DNA from: an uncultured virus (IMG/VR IMGVR_UViG_3300008954_000037)
Taxonomy: Duplodnaviria > Heunggongvirae > Uroviricota > Caudoviricetes
Virus record (IMG/VR): IMGVR_UViG_3300008954_000037
Reading direction: 5' to 3' (one strand)
Length of the DNA stretch: 64,000 bases
Within the stretch, counting starts at the first letter, position 1. Every line of letters starts with the position of its first letter. Shown one piece after another: positions 37,884 to 47,166 of this stretch. The notes below the pieces were generated by a model. It saw only the letters and a list, made by a program, of their open reading frames with translations, had not been told where the DNA came from and searched no databases. The position numbers were made by a program, and so were the translations under genes.

Positions 37884-40727
37884 ATGGCTCCGACCCCAAA
37901 TCAAGTCGCACAGTGGACCGCCGAGGGGTGGCGCTACTACGTCCCCTCAGCCGGCGTGCTGACGACCACCAAGCGCGAGGCCGAGAGGTACGCGAAGGGG
38001 TCGAAGATCTACGCCCTGGTCAAGCCCGGCAAGGCGAGGGTGCGACACGCCTCCCGCAAGACTGACCGCTTCGACGAAGACCCCGGCGTGTGTGGCCAGT
38101 GCGGCGACCCCATGCACTACTGCCAGTGCGATTTCGGCTGGAACACCCACTACGAGGGCTGGGGCAAGGACCACCAGTACGAGGGCGAAGCCGCCCGGAA
38201 GCGCCGCCAGCGCCGGGACAAGGCCGGCAACCCCATCGCCCCCGACTGGTGGTGGGATGCGTGGAAGGTGATTGACAAGGAGGCCGACAAGCTCGTCAAG
38301 ATCAAACGCGCCACCGGCAACCGCTCGGCCCAGGCGCTCAAGCAGAAGGCCAAGGTCGAGAAGTTGGAGAGGGCCGCCTACGCCCGCCGTGAGCGACTTT
38401 TGGCGGAAAAGGGCAACAAGAACCCCCAGAGGGGCAACAAGAGGGGTCGTGCTGCCCCCTCGGCCTCCAGGCGTCGGCGCAACCCGAAGCGGGTGCCTGT
38501 CGGAGACTGCTTCGCCTGGGCTTCCAAGCGGGTGGGCGAGAGGGACATCGACTGGTCTGACCCGGACATCAACGTGGTTCACGCCACCGTCGCGCCGAAG
38601 TGGCACGACCGCCCCTACGAACACGCCTGGGTGGAGATGCACGGCAAGGCGTTCGACTGGCAGACGCACAGTACCAAGCCCGAGGGCCTCTCGATCAAGG
38701 ACTTCTACGATCACTATCAGCCGATCAAGGCCACCATTCAGCGATACTCTCCAGAGGAGGCGGTGCTGTATCCGATGCCCGCACATGCGGGGCACTACGG
38801 CCCCTGGACGGACACTCCCCGCCCTAAAGGGCGCATCAAGCGGCGCAACCCTGCCGATCAGGTCGACCTGTTCGCCGGATTCGCTCAGAAGCCGCGTAAG
38901 GCCCGCAAGGCGTCCAAGGCGTCCACCAAAGCGTCCAAACCCCCGAAAACGGCTCCAGCGCGCTCTCAGGCGCCGCAACCGGGTGTTCTGTGCGACCCTG
39001 GACCTCTGATCAAGGAGCGCACGTCGGCGGGTCCGATTTCGGACGCGGCTCTGCCCGACCACAGCATCGCGGAGACAACGTGGAAGGTGGTGGACCTGTC
39101 CAAGCTGTTGTGGAGCAACCAGTGGAACAACGGCGAGACCATCACCGCCTACCCCAAGGTCTACCAGCCTCGGGATCGGCGCCGCCCGTCCTACCGCGAC
39201 CAGCACCGCGACATCGTCAAGTATTTCAACCCTGAGATCTTGATGTGGGCCGCTACCGCCCAGCAGGGCGCCCCCATCGTGGTGGACGACCCGAAACTGT
39301 CCAAGAAGCTCATCGTGGCCAGTGGCAACGGTCGGACGATGGCCCTGGCCGAGATCTACCTCCGCACAAAGCCCGGCAGCAAGACCGCCCCGGTGTGGCC
39401 TGGGAAGCAGAAGGCGTACAGGGACGAGTTGAACCGCTGGTCGAGCCTGCTGGGTATCACGATCCCGGCCAACATCAAGCATCCGGTCCTCGTTCGGGTA
39501 CTCGACAGCAGCGTGGACGGCCCGCACTTCGCCCGGTTGGCCAACGAGACCCTCATCGCGGAGTTGAACGCCACCGAGCAGGCCATCAAGGACGCCAACA
39601 AGATGTCGTTCGCGGTGGCCGACAAGTACGTCCCGTTCACCGCCAAGACGGACAAGGAGACGGGCATTGTCACCTACAAACCTGTCAACGTGGGCGGCCC
39701 GAAGAACAAGCCTTTCGTGGAGGCGTTCATCCGCACGGTGGCCGGCGAGGGTGCCCGAAACGAGTTGATGACGGTCACCCCACAGGGGAAGCCGAAGTTG
39801 TCCGACACCGGCATCCAGCGCATCGAGTACGCGCTGTTCCGATTCGCCTACGGGTCGGCGGTGGACGATGTGCTGATCTACCTGACGGAGCAGGAGGTGC
39901 CTACGGCATCGTCGCTGTTGCGCGGGTTGATGTGGTCGGCGGCGTACTGGATCGCCTTTGAGCGTGAGGTGCGTGAGGGTCGTATGGAGGAGCGGTATGA
40001 CCTGCGGAAGTCGTTGGTCACGGCGGTGCTGAGGGCGATGCGGTCCAAGGAAAACTTCGGCCTGACCCCCATCGAGGCGGCGTGGAGCCACGACCTGTAT
40101 GCGGGGGATGTGGAGTCTGACAACATCGAGGTGTACTGGATGCGGGCGTTCTACCGGGCGATCCCTGGGAAGATCTCCAACACCTCCCTGGCCGACGTGT
40201 GCCGCGAATACTGCGCCGAGGCCATCGCCATCTCCTCGCCGGCTGCGCTGGCCAGCACGCAAAACTTCGACCTGTTCGGCGTTGTCGGAGAGGTCAAGGA
40301 ACGCGCCGCTGCGGCGGCGACGTTGCCCCCTTCGGAGTTTCTGGCCCGGTCTATCGCCACCGCGTTGTTCAACGAACCGTTCGCCCCGCGCTTCACCAAG
40401 ACGGGCAAGGTTGTGCGTGACGTTGAGACCAAGCTGATGCCCACGTCTCTGGCTGATGTGGCCCGGTCGGCTGGAGAGACCCTGTGGGAGATCTGTCAAT
40501 TCTGGGACACCCAGTGGCAGGGTTGGCTCATCGACTGGGCCACCGCCGTCAAGGGGTCCAAACGGCGCCTGACGTTCAAGGCGGCCCGCAAGGAGGCTTG
40601 GCGCTGGTTCCAGATTGGCGTGCGCCCCAACCAGCGGCAGGACAACATCAAGGCGTTCGACAGGCACATCAAAGGCAACGCAGTCTACGCCGCAGCAGAC
40701 AAGGCGTGGAAGGCATCGCTCAAGTGA
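37884..40727 (+). CDS. Polyvalent protein: degenerate tag, Zn finger, papain-like domain, DdrB-like ParB domain
   Basis: Start MAPTP with RBS ggagg; YQPRDR..GAPIV..SGNGRTMAL..PVLVR..FARLAN ddrB-ParB pattern; GDCF..HAWV..DWQT. Confidence 0.8.
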   Translation: MAPTPNQVAQWTAEGWRYYVPSAGVLTTTKREAERYAKGSKIYALVKPGKARVRHASRKTDRFDEDPGVCGQCGDPMHYCQCDFGWNTHYEGWGKDHQYEGEAARKRRQRRDKAGNPIAPDWWWDAWKVIDKEADKLVKIKRATGNRSAQALKQKAKVEKLERAAYARRERLLAEKGNKNPQRGNKRGRAAPSASRRRRNPKRVPVGDCFAWASKRVGERDIDWSDPDINVVHATVAPKWHDRPYEHAWVEMHGKAFDWQTHSTKPEGLSIKDFYDHYQPIKATIQRYSPEEAVLYPMPAHAGHYGPWTDTPRPKGRIKRRNPADQVDLFAGFAQKPRKARKASKASTKASKPPKTAPARSQAPQPGVLCDPGPLIKERTSAGPISDAALPDHSIAETTWKVVDLSKLLWSNQWNNGETITAYPKVYQPRDRRRPSYRDQHRDIVKYFNPEILMWAATAQQGAPIVVDDPKLSKKLIVASGNGRTMALAEIYLRTKPGSKTAPVWPGKQKAYRDELNRWSSLLGITIPANIKHPVLVRVLDSSVDGPHFARLANETLIAELNATEQAIKDANKMSFAVADKYVPFTAKTDKETGIVTYKPVNVGGPKNKPFVEAFIRTVAGEGARNELMTVTPQGKPKLSDTGIQRIEYALFRFAYGSAVDDVLIYLTEQEVPTASSLLRGLMWSAAYWIAFEREVREGRMEERYDLRKSLVTAVLRAMRSKENFGLTPIEAAWSHDLYAGDVESDNIEVYWMRAFYRAIPGKISNTSLADVCREYCAEAIAISSPAALASTQNFDLFGVVGEVKERAAAAATLPPSEFLARSIATALFNEPFAPRFTKTGKVVRDVETKLMPTSLADVARSAGETLWEICQFWDTQWQGWLIDWATAVKGSKRRLTFKAARKEAWRWFQIGVRPNQRQDNIKAFDRHIKGNAVYAAADKAWKASLK

Positions 40728-40768
40728 GATATGCTCTCGGGCGCGAAATCTGAGTTTGGAGATTTACG

Positions 40769-42724
40769 ATGATCAAGCTGAAAGGACACCACAAATCGGG
40801 ACTTTTCGGTCTGGGTGCTGCCGAAGACGGCGACGAGGGCCAGTCCTTGTACGGCTTGGGTGGTCCTGGGCCGGTCCTGGGCCCCGGCGGTATGGTGAAC
40901 ATGCTTCCATCCAGCGCAGGCGGCACCGGAGGTAAGAAGGGGCGCCAGCAGAAGCAGCAGATGCTGTTGAGCCCGATGCTGAGGAATCAGGCGCTGGTGA
41001 TCTCCACGGCGGTGCAGGAGAAGGCGATCGAGGAGGAGGCCGACAAGACGCTTGCGGCGATCAAAATGGCGTCCCTCAAGATGTGCAACTGGATGAACAA
41101 CAAGGAAATCGTCAAGGACATGGCGGAAGACTACGAGGACTACAAAGCCCGGATGGAGAGTGGCGCGCTGGTGGTGGGGAAGCTCAAGGAATGGTTCAAG
41201 GGTTACGACCACAGGGTGGGCGCCTTGATCCTCTGGATCCCCAGGCTCTACGACATGATCGTGTCCATGCGTAAGAGCGTGAAAATGGGGCCGTTTGGGG
41301 ACTACACCAAGGAGCCGTGCGCCTTCTGGTCTCACCCTGACTGCACCCCCTACAAGCATTATGGAGGGTCAAACTCTCTGTGGTGGCGCTCTATCAAGAT
41401 GTCGAAGGTGGACGGCGGCGTTCTGGGTTTCAGCACCCCCAAACATATGTCGATGTTCTGGGGGTTGGGATCAGAGACAGAGCTTGCAAAGGCCCCTGAC
41501 TGGTACTTGGGGCTGGATGAGACGTTCAACCCGCCGGGGAAGCTGTCAGGCAAGGTTGTGAAGGACAACAGCCTGAGCGGGATGGTCACGCGGATCAAGG
41601 CGTGGGAGAAATACTACGAAGACACCAAAGCACTCAACCCTTTGAACTTCCCCACTGGCTGGCCGGAGTGGATCGTCAAGGCGCGGAAGCAGAAGGTGCC
41701 CCACTCCTGGGAGATGATAATGGACACCGCGATGGTCTACGCTGGGGGGCACTTCAAGACGCTGGTGCAGAAGAAACAGGTGGCGCTGGCGCAGGCTGGC
41801 AACCAGTTGGAGTCCATGCGCGTGGGGGCTCTGGCCGCGATGGATGCTCTGGAGGGTGGGGGACCGACCGGCAACTTCTCCAAGTGGTTGCAGGGCAGCT
41901 ACATGGGGGCCGGTGCTGCGGACTTCAAGCTGGCCATGGAGGCTGCTGAGGCGTGCCACAGCAAGGACATGGCGCTCTATTCCTCCAAGATGGCTGCGAA
42001 GCTGGCCGCCGAGGTCAAGAAGGCCAAGGAACACATCCAGCAGCAGAACGCCTATCGCGAAGGGATTAAGGCCAAGGTGTTGGATTTGGAGGATCAGGTC
42101 CAGAAGCTGGAAGCAGAGCAGCAGGAGATCTTGGCTGACTGGGACGGCAAAGGTGATATGCCCGACAAGATATACGACGCCTGGGAGGCCCTCAACAAGC
42201 AGATTAAGGGTATACTCAAGCAGATCGAAGCCTACGAGGGTGAAGTCGAGGGGCTGATCGAGTATCTGGTCGACAAGCGCACCGACCTTGTCCTCAAGCG
42301 CAAGGCCGTCGTGGACGCCATCAAGAAGGCCAAGGAGGCCAAGAACAACTACGACAACAGTGACCCGAAGGACAAAGACCCCGAGACTGACGCAGAGATG
42401 GACGGGGTTGACGACTCCTTGGAGGACTCCAAGAGTGAGGTCGAGGATGCCGGAGCGGCGGTCATCGAGATTGGCGACTCGATGCTCGACACCATCGAGA
42501 AGCTGGGCATCGACGTGCCAGATCTGATCGTCAAGATTAAGAAAAATTCCAATCAGGCCCAGAAGAACATCGACGACCTCAACCCCGTCGAGACCAAAGC
42601 CCAGGTGCCGTGGCTGACCATTGGCGCCGTGGGTCTGGGCATCGCGGGCGTTATCCCCGCCGGCATCGCAGCCGCCGCCGCAGCGGGTGGTTTGCTGCTC
42701 TACACGAAGGCGACGGAGGAGTAG
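40769..42724 (+). CDS. Large coiled-coil protein with C-terminal TM hairpin
   Basis: 651 aa; long heptad-like region; hydrophobic C-terminus; N-terminal GLG motifs. Confidence 0.75.
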   Translation: MIKLKGHHKSGLFGLGAAEDGDEGQSLYGLGGPGPVLGPGGMVNMLPSSAGGTGGKKGRQQKQQMLLSPMLRNQALVISTAVQEKAIEEEADKTLAAIKMASLKMCNWMNNKEIVKDMAEDYEDYKARMESGALVVGKLKEWFKGYDHRVGALILWIPRLYDMIVSMRKSVKMGPFGDYTKEPCAFWSHPDCTPYKHYGGSNSLWWRSIKMSKVDGGVLGFSTPKHMSMFWGLGSETELAKAPDWYLGLDETFNPPGKLSGKVVKDNSLSGMVTRIKAWEKYYEDTKALNPLNFPTGWPEWIVKARKQKVPHSWEMIMDTAMVYAGGHFKTLVQKKQVALAQAGNQLESMRVGALAAMDALEGGGPTGNFSKWLQGSYMGAGAADFKLAMEAAEACHSKDMALYSSKMAAKLAAEVKKAKEHIQQQNAYREGIKAKVLDLEDQVQKLEAEQQEILADWDGKGDMPDKIYDAWEALNKQIKGILKQIEAYEGEVEGLIEYLVDKRTDLVLKRKAVVDAIKKAKEAKNNYDNSDPKDKDPETDAEMDGVDDSLEDSKSEVEDAGAAVIEIGDSMLDTIEKLGIDVPDLIVKIKKNSNQAQKNIDDLNPVETKAQVPWLTIGAVGLGIAGVIPAGIAAAAAAGGLLLYTKATEE

Positions 42725-42727
42725 ATC

Positions 42728-43387
42728 ATGGGATGTACAGTTTGCATGGCGGCGCTTGCGGGGATCACCGATACCAAGGTCGGCTGGACCGTCAAGAAGG
42801 TGGTCAAGCCGGTCAAGTACAGCAACGGGGCCGGGACCAAGATCTTGGGCACCTTCAAGGTCGGCACAGTCCTGCGGGTCTACACCAACTGGCCCGGCGC
42901 CGGCAAAGGGCTCGTCATGTTTGAGCGCGCCCCCCCGCCCGGTGGCTACTGGTCCACCTACGTCGAAGGCAAAGGCCCCAACCACTCCGCGTGGATGGCT
43001 GACGAGGCCAACATCCTCAAGCGCATGGGTTGGACCCTCAAGAGCGCCCTCGGCCCCGTCAGCCCATACGAAGCCTCCAAGACGGGGGGCGTGAGCAGTG
43101 GCGGGACCGGCGACGGCCAGAGCGCCAGCGACACTGAAGGGCAGGGATCTGAGGACACGGTCGGGGAGGAGGGCACCCCCGGCAGTAGCATCGGCATGGG
43201 CTCCGAAGTAGGCCCCGGCAGCACCACCTTCAAGAAGGAGGAGTTGGACCAGTATCTGCCGACCCCGAGCCAGGGGCCCATGGGAGTCCCGTGGTGGATC
43301 TACGCCGCCATTCCCGCCGGAGTGGTGTGGGGCGCCCCCGCTGCGCTGGCGGCAGGGGGCATCACCTGGGCCGTGACCCGTAGCTGA
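42728..43387 (+). CDS. Membrane-anchored protein with G/S linker
   Basis: C-terminal hydrophobic segment. Confidence 0.7.
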   Translation: MGCTVCMAALAGITDTKVGWTVKKVVKPVKYSNGAGTKILGTFKVGTVLRVYTNWPGAGKGLVMFERAPPPGGYWSTYVEGKGPNHSAWMADEANILKRMGWTLKSALGPVSPYEASKTGGVSSGGTGDGQSASDTEGQGSEDTVGEEGTPGSSIGMGSEVGPGSTTFKKEELDQYLPTPSQGPMGVPWWIYAAIPAGVVWGAPAALAAGGITWAVTRS

Positions 43388-43422
43388 AATCTGAGTTTCG
43401 ATTTCCGAGAGAGGAGAACAAA

Positions 43423-44406
43423 ATGACTGTCAAGTTTCTGAACCCTGCCGTGGCATCTGAGGCTGTCATCAGCCACGCCGCCAACATGCTCCCCGAGGCC
43501 AACCCGGCGCCCGACAACGCCGAGGAGTTGCACATCGTCGACTACGACCGTGAAGCCGTGCTGCTCCAGGCGCCGTCTGGCTGGGTGCCCGGTGAGGAGG
43601 CCGACTTCCGAGGTCAGGGTCCGAAGGGTGAGTTGTCCAAGGCCGCCCGCGAACACGCCAAGGAAGAAAACCTGAAGCTGTACAGCGGCAACAAGCGGAT
43701 CAATCCCTCCAGGCCCCGTGGTCGAGCCATCACGCTCAATCAGGCCAAGAAGCTGCGCCATGGCCAGATCATCTACATGCGCTCCAACCTCAACGCGGAC
43801 GGCACGGCGGTGCGCTGGCGCGTCACCGGGACACCCAAGGTGTGGGTGCGGTCGCCGGAGCGCGTCTCGGTACCCCTCAAGCACGGGATGCGGCATTACG
43901 GTCACCTGACTGAAGACAACCTGAGCCACTTCACCCTCAAGGAGCCGCCACAGGTCAAGAAGGGCCGCAAGCGCAACCCCTCCAGTGACGTACTCTGGGA
44001 GAAGGGCCAGTGGACCTTGCAGGCCATCCCTGTGGGTGACTACGGGCGTACACGGCTGATGCTTGAGAAGACGGGCAAGGACGGTTGGGCCGACGTGATT
44101 GACTACCCGACGCATTACGGCGATGGCAAGATGGGTTATGACCGGCCCGAGGTGATCCCGAAGTCCGTCCAGAAGGCGGTCAGCAAGACCCTGGTCGAGA
44201 TGACAAGGCGTTCTATCGATCACGGCCAGGACAAGAAGGGTCGCAAGAGCCGCAACCCGGCCAAGGGCAAGAAGGCGCCGATCTACCGCTACCACGTCAC
44301 CGGGCCCAGGGGCGGCAAGTACCTCACCTCGACGTTCGACGAGGCGCGGGCGTTGACCAAGAACGGTGGCACCATCAAGAAGTTGAAGAAGCCCTGTAAG
44401 GGATAG
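43423..44406 (+). CDS. NP-delimited modular protein with C-terminal copy of the tag
   Basis: Ends IYRYHVTGPRGGKYLTSTFDEARALTKNGGTIKKL; INP, KRNP and SRNP linkers. Confidence 0.85.
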   Translation: MTVKFLNPAVASEAVISHAANMLPEANPAPDNAEELHIVDYDREAVLLQAPSGWVPGEEADFRGQGPKGELSKAAREHAKEENLKLYSGNKRINPSRPRGRAITLNQAKKLRHGQIIYMRSNLNADGTAVRWRVTGTPKVWVRSPERVSVPLKHGMRHYGHLTEDNLSHFTLKEPPQVKKGRKRNPSSDVLWEKGQWTLQAIPVGDYGRTRLMLEKTGKDGWADVIDYPTHYGDGKMGYDRPEVIPKSVQKAVSKTLVEMTRRSIDHGQDKKGRKSRNPAKGKKAPIYRYHVTGPRGGKYLTSTFDEARALTKNGGTIKKLKKPCKG

Positions 44407-44415
44407 GAGATCATC

Positions 44416-44808
44416 ATGGCACAGAACAAATGGAAGCGTGGCAAGGACTACCCTGGTGGAGAGACCCAATACTCGTGGTGGAAAGGTGGGCGGGCCATTG
44501 CCCACGTCACCAAGCGCGGGAACGTCTGGAGTCTGTCGTTCGGGGGATCCAACCACGGGACGTTCCCCACCGCCAAGGCGGCCAAGGCCGATGCGGAAGC
44601 AACACAGGCCCGCATGGAGGCGAGGGCCCGTCGCCACAGGCGTAACCCCTGCAAGGCGCGCAACCCGGCCAAGGGCAAGAAGATCTACAAGTACAAGGTC
44701 GTCGGGCCCAGGGGCGGCAAGTACCTCACCTCGACCATGGCCGAGGCGCGGGCGCTGACCAAGAACGGTGGCACCATCAAGAAGCTGAAGAAACCCCGCA
44801 AGGGGTAG
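44416..44808 (+). CDS. Small modular protein with C-terminal copy of the tag
   Basis: RRNPCKARNP, then IYKYKVVGPRGGKYLTSTMAEARALTKNGG. Confidence 0.85.
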   Translation: MAQNKWKRGKDYPGGETQYSWWKGGRAIAHVTKRGNVWSLSFGGSNHGTFPTAKAAKADAEATQARMEARARRHRRNPCKARNPAKGKKIYKYKVVGPRGGKYLTSTMAEARALTKNGGTIKKLKKPRKG

Positions 44809-44817
44809 GAGGACAAC

Positions 44818-45285
44818 ATGACCGAGTACAGGGCGGGCACGAAGGTGGCCCTGATGGGCGGCACTGGTGTGGTGCTGAAGAAGTTTGAGCCCAACAACCC
44901 CCATGATGACCGCTACACGGTGGCGACGAAGGGGATCACCACCCCCGGCTTCCCCGCCGAGTACACGGGCACGTTCTTCGGGGCGGATTTCGTGGTGCTG
45001 GAAGATGCGCCGCCGGAGCCCAAACGCAAACCCCGACTGTCGCGCAAGCCCGAAAAGCTGCTCAAGGTGCCCTTCCAGCCACCTGTGGACCCCGAGCCCG
45101 AGCCTGTCGTGGCGCCTTCTGCACTGGATGCCCCCGAGCCGGAGCCGGAGCCGGAGCCCGAGCCGGAGCCCGATCTGGGCAGCCTCTCCTACTTGGATTT
45201 GCGCCGGCTGGCCAAGGGTATGGGCTTGAAGGCCAATGGCTCTCGCGCCAAGTTGACGGAGCGGATCCTCGCTGCCCGAGGGTGA
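44818..45285 (+). CDS. Protein with (EP)n linker and C-terminal SAP/HeH-like motif
   Basis: LSYLDLRRLAKGMGLKANGSRAKLTERI. Confidence 0.65.
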   Translation: MTEYRAGTKVALMGGTGVVLKKFEPNNPHDDRYTVATKGITTPGFPAEYTGTFFGADFVVLEDAPPEPKRKPRLSRKPEKLLKVPFQPPVDPEPEPVVAPSALDAPEPEPEPEPEPEPDLGSLSYLDLRRLAKGMGLKANGSRAKLTERILAARG

Positions 45286-45286
45286 A

Positions 45287-45457
45287 ATGAAGGGTCAGAA
45301 CGTCAGGTTGATGGATGTGTTCCTGCTCGGACCCTTCATGGTCTGGGCCGGGTACAAGTCTCGTGACCTGCCGCAGTGGGCGCGCACGACGATGGTGGTG
45401 TCCGGCGTGGGCACCATCGTCTACAACGGGTTCAACTACCTGACCTTTGAGGGGTGA
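45287..45457 (+). CDS. 56-aa two-TM membrane protein (not in ORF track)
   Basis: MKGQNVRLMDVFLLGPFMVWAG...GVGTIVYNGFNY; GTGA overlap with the next gene. Confidence 0.65.
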   Translation: MKGQNVRLMDVFLLGPFMVWAGYKSRDLPQWARTTMVVSGVGTIVYNGFNYLTFEG

Positions 45458-46095
45458 CAGCCGTGGCGATGACCAAGCGCGAGAAATTGATGGCGATTGC
45501 GCTCGCTGCCGGCGCCGTGATTTGGTGGGCTCTCCGAGACAAGCTCGCCATCCCGGTAGGCGGCCATTTCCCCGCCAACACTCAGAAGGCTGTGGACCTG
45601 TTCAACGCAGCGGCTGTGAGCGCAGGGCTGCCGACGCAGTGGGCGACAGACCCCGCCCTGCACTACATCCTGCACAACGAGTCCAAGGGCCGAGTCGGAA
45701 TCCCCAACTACCAGTTGCGGAAGGCGGGGCTGTACCCGAAGAAGGGGGACTGGCCGAAGGCGTGGGCGCTGATCAAGGAGGTTGGCAACAGGCGGATGTC
45801 TGAGGGTACGAACGTGCCCTTCCCCACCTCCAGCAGCGCCACCGGGCTCGGCCAGTTGACCGCGCTACCTATCTGGAAGAACGGCAAGCTCCACAAGAGC
45901 AACGTCCAGATCTTCTACCCTCACGGCTTTGACAGTCTCGGTGTCCCCCTGGATGAAGCCATCGGGATGCTGCGCTACATCAAGAGCCGCTACGGCAACC
46001 CCGCCGTCGCCCGCAGCATGTACGGCAAGACCGGCTCCTACGTCCACGCCATCACCGGCAAGACCAAGCACAAGGGCTACAAGGAAGGGTACTGA
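45454..46095 (+). CDS. Lytic transglycosylase (SLT-like) with N-terminal TM
   Basis: HNES catalytic Glu, SSATGLGQL, MLRYIKSRYG. Confidence 0.75.
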   Translation: MTAVAMTKREKLMAIALAAGAVIWWALRDKLAIPVGGHFPANTQKAVDLFNAAAVSAGLPTQWATDPALHYILHNESKGRVGIPNYQLRKAGLYPKKGDWPKAWALIKEVGNRRMSEGTNVPFPTSSSATGLGQLTALPIWKNGKLHKSNVQIFYPHGFDSLGVPLDEAIGMLRYIKSRYGNPAVARSMYGKTGSYVHAITGKTKHKGYKEGY

Positions 46096-46754
46096 TGGCT
46101 CTGAACGTCCTCATCTTCGGTGACAGCCAGACCAAGCACACGGGCAAGGAGGTCGAGAAGCTCCTCAAAGCCCGAGGTGCGACTGTCAAGCGCATCGTTC
46201 GGTCGGGCAGGAGTACGACCAAGCTGGCCAACATCGCCGCAGGTCTCCCCCGCGCCTGGAACGAGGTCTACCTGTTCTCTGGTGGCAACGACGGCTCGGT
46301 GCAGGTCGAGGCCCTGCGGAAGCTGCTGACCCACTTCGCGCCCAGCACCAAGGTGGTCTACGCCGGCCTGCCGCCGGCCACGACCATCACCAACGTGCCC
46401 CTGGCCAAGAAGGTCTGGGGGTCGGCCAGCCCGATGAAGTTTTTTCCCAAGACGGCGGCCTTCCGAGAGAAGAAAGATGTTGCATATCGGCAGGTTGCAG
46501 CGGAGTTTCCCAACGTGACGATGCGTAACTTCCGAGATGCGCCGGTCAGCGGGGCAGTACAGCAGCCCTCTGGGGTGGTATATCCGAGCCAGCCGGACGG
46601 CATCCACACGACCGGCAACACGGCCAAAGAGGTGGCCGCGTACATGGTCAGCGCCGTGAAGGGGCGGATGCCCCTGGTCACGACTATCCTGGCTGTGGCG
46701 GCGGGTGCGGCGGCGGCGCTGTGGTGGACTCGGCGCAAGAAGGGGAGGGCGTAA
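46095..46754 (+). CDS. SGNH/GDSL hydrolase with C-terminal TM
   Basis: GDS, GGND and DGIH blocks; TM + basic tail. Confidence 0.8.
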   Translation: MALNVLIFGDSQTKHTGKEVEKLLKARGATVKRIVRSGRSTTKLANIAAGLPRAWNEVYLFSGGNDGSVQVEALRKLLTHFAPSTKVVYAGLPPATTITNVPLAKKVWGSASPMKFFPKTAAFREKKDVAYRQVAAEFPNVTMRNFRDAPVSGAVQQPSGVVYPSQPDGIHTTGNTAKEVAAYMVSAVKGRMPLVTTILAVAAGAAAALWWTRRKKGRA

Positions 46755-46755
46755 C

Positions 46756-46935
46756 ATGAAGCTGCGACAGGCCAAGAAGGTGGCTCAGAAGTCGAGGGGG
46801 CGGATGTATCCGATCCGCACCCTCTCCAGGGCGTTGAGGCGGCTCCCCGACGAGTACCACCGCACCTACGGCGGGGGCGGCCCCGTAAATCCCACGACGG
46901 GGATGGTCTATATGTGGATCTGGCACATCGGATAG
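46756..46935 (+). CDS. Small basic hypothetical protein
   Basis: ATG after ggaggg; fills an operon gap. Confidence 0.45.
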   Translation: MKLRQAKKVAQKSRGRMYPIRTLSRALRRLPDEYHRTYGGGGPVNPTTGMVYMWIWHIG

Positions 46936-46944
46936 GGGCCCGTG

Positions 46945-47166
46945 ATGGCAAAGGCCAAGAAGCACACTGCGACCTGCATCCGTCTGTCGGTCCATGAGTT
47001 GGATCTGATCAATGAGGGTTTGTGGGAGTTGGACGACTACCTTGAGCGGATGCTGGGTGACCACGCCGAGGATTACTCCTCCGATGAGCTTGCTGCCAAA
47101 AGGCGCAAGGTGGTCCGCACTCAGAAGCTGATGAACAAGATCCGCGCAGAATTGAGGAGAAGATGA
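46945..47166 (+). CDS. Small helical hypothetical protein
   Basis: Coupled ORF. Confidence 0.5.
   Translation: MAKAKKHTATCIRLSVHELDLINEGLWELDDYLERMLGDHAEDYSSDELAAKRRKVVRTQKLMNKIRAELRRR

Noticed and set aside
34631..40667. Very long minus-strand ORFs (34631..37639, 37947..40667; also 15420..17468, 29709..31739, 32057..33796)
   Set aside because: Antisense shadows of well-supported + strand genes in high-GC DNA, with no recognisable motifs.
40769..42724. Tail tape-measure protein
   Set aside because: Coiled coil with a C-terminal TM, but no tail, baseplate or chaperone genes nearby; cannot be supported.
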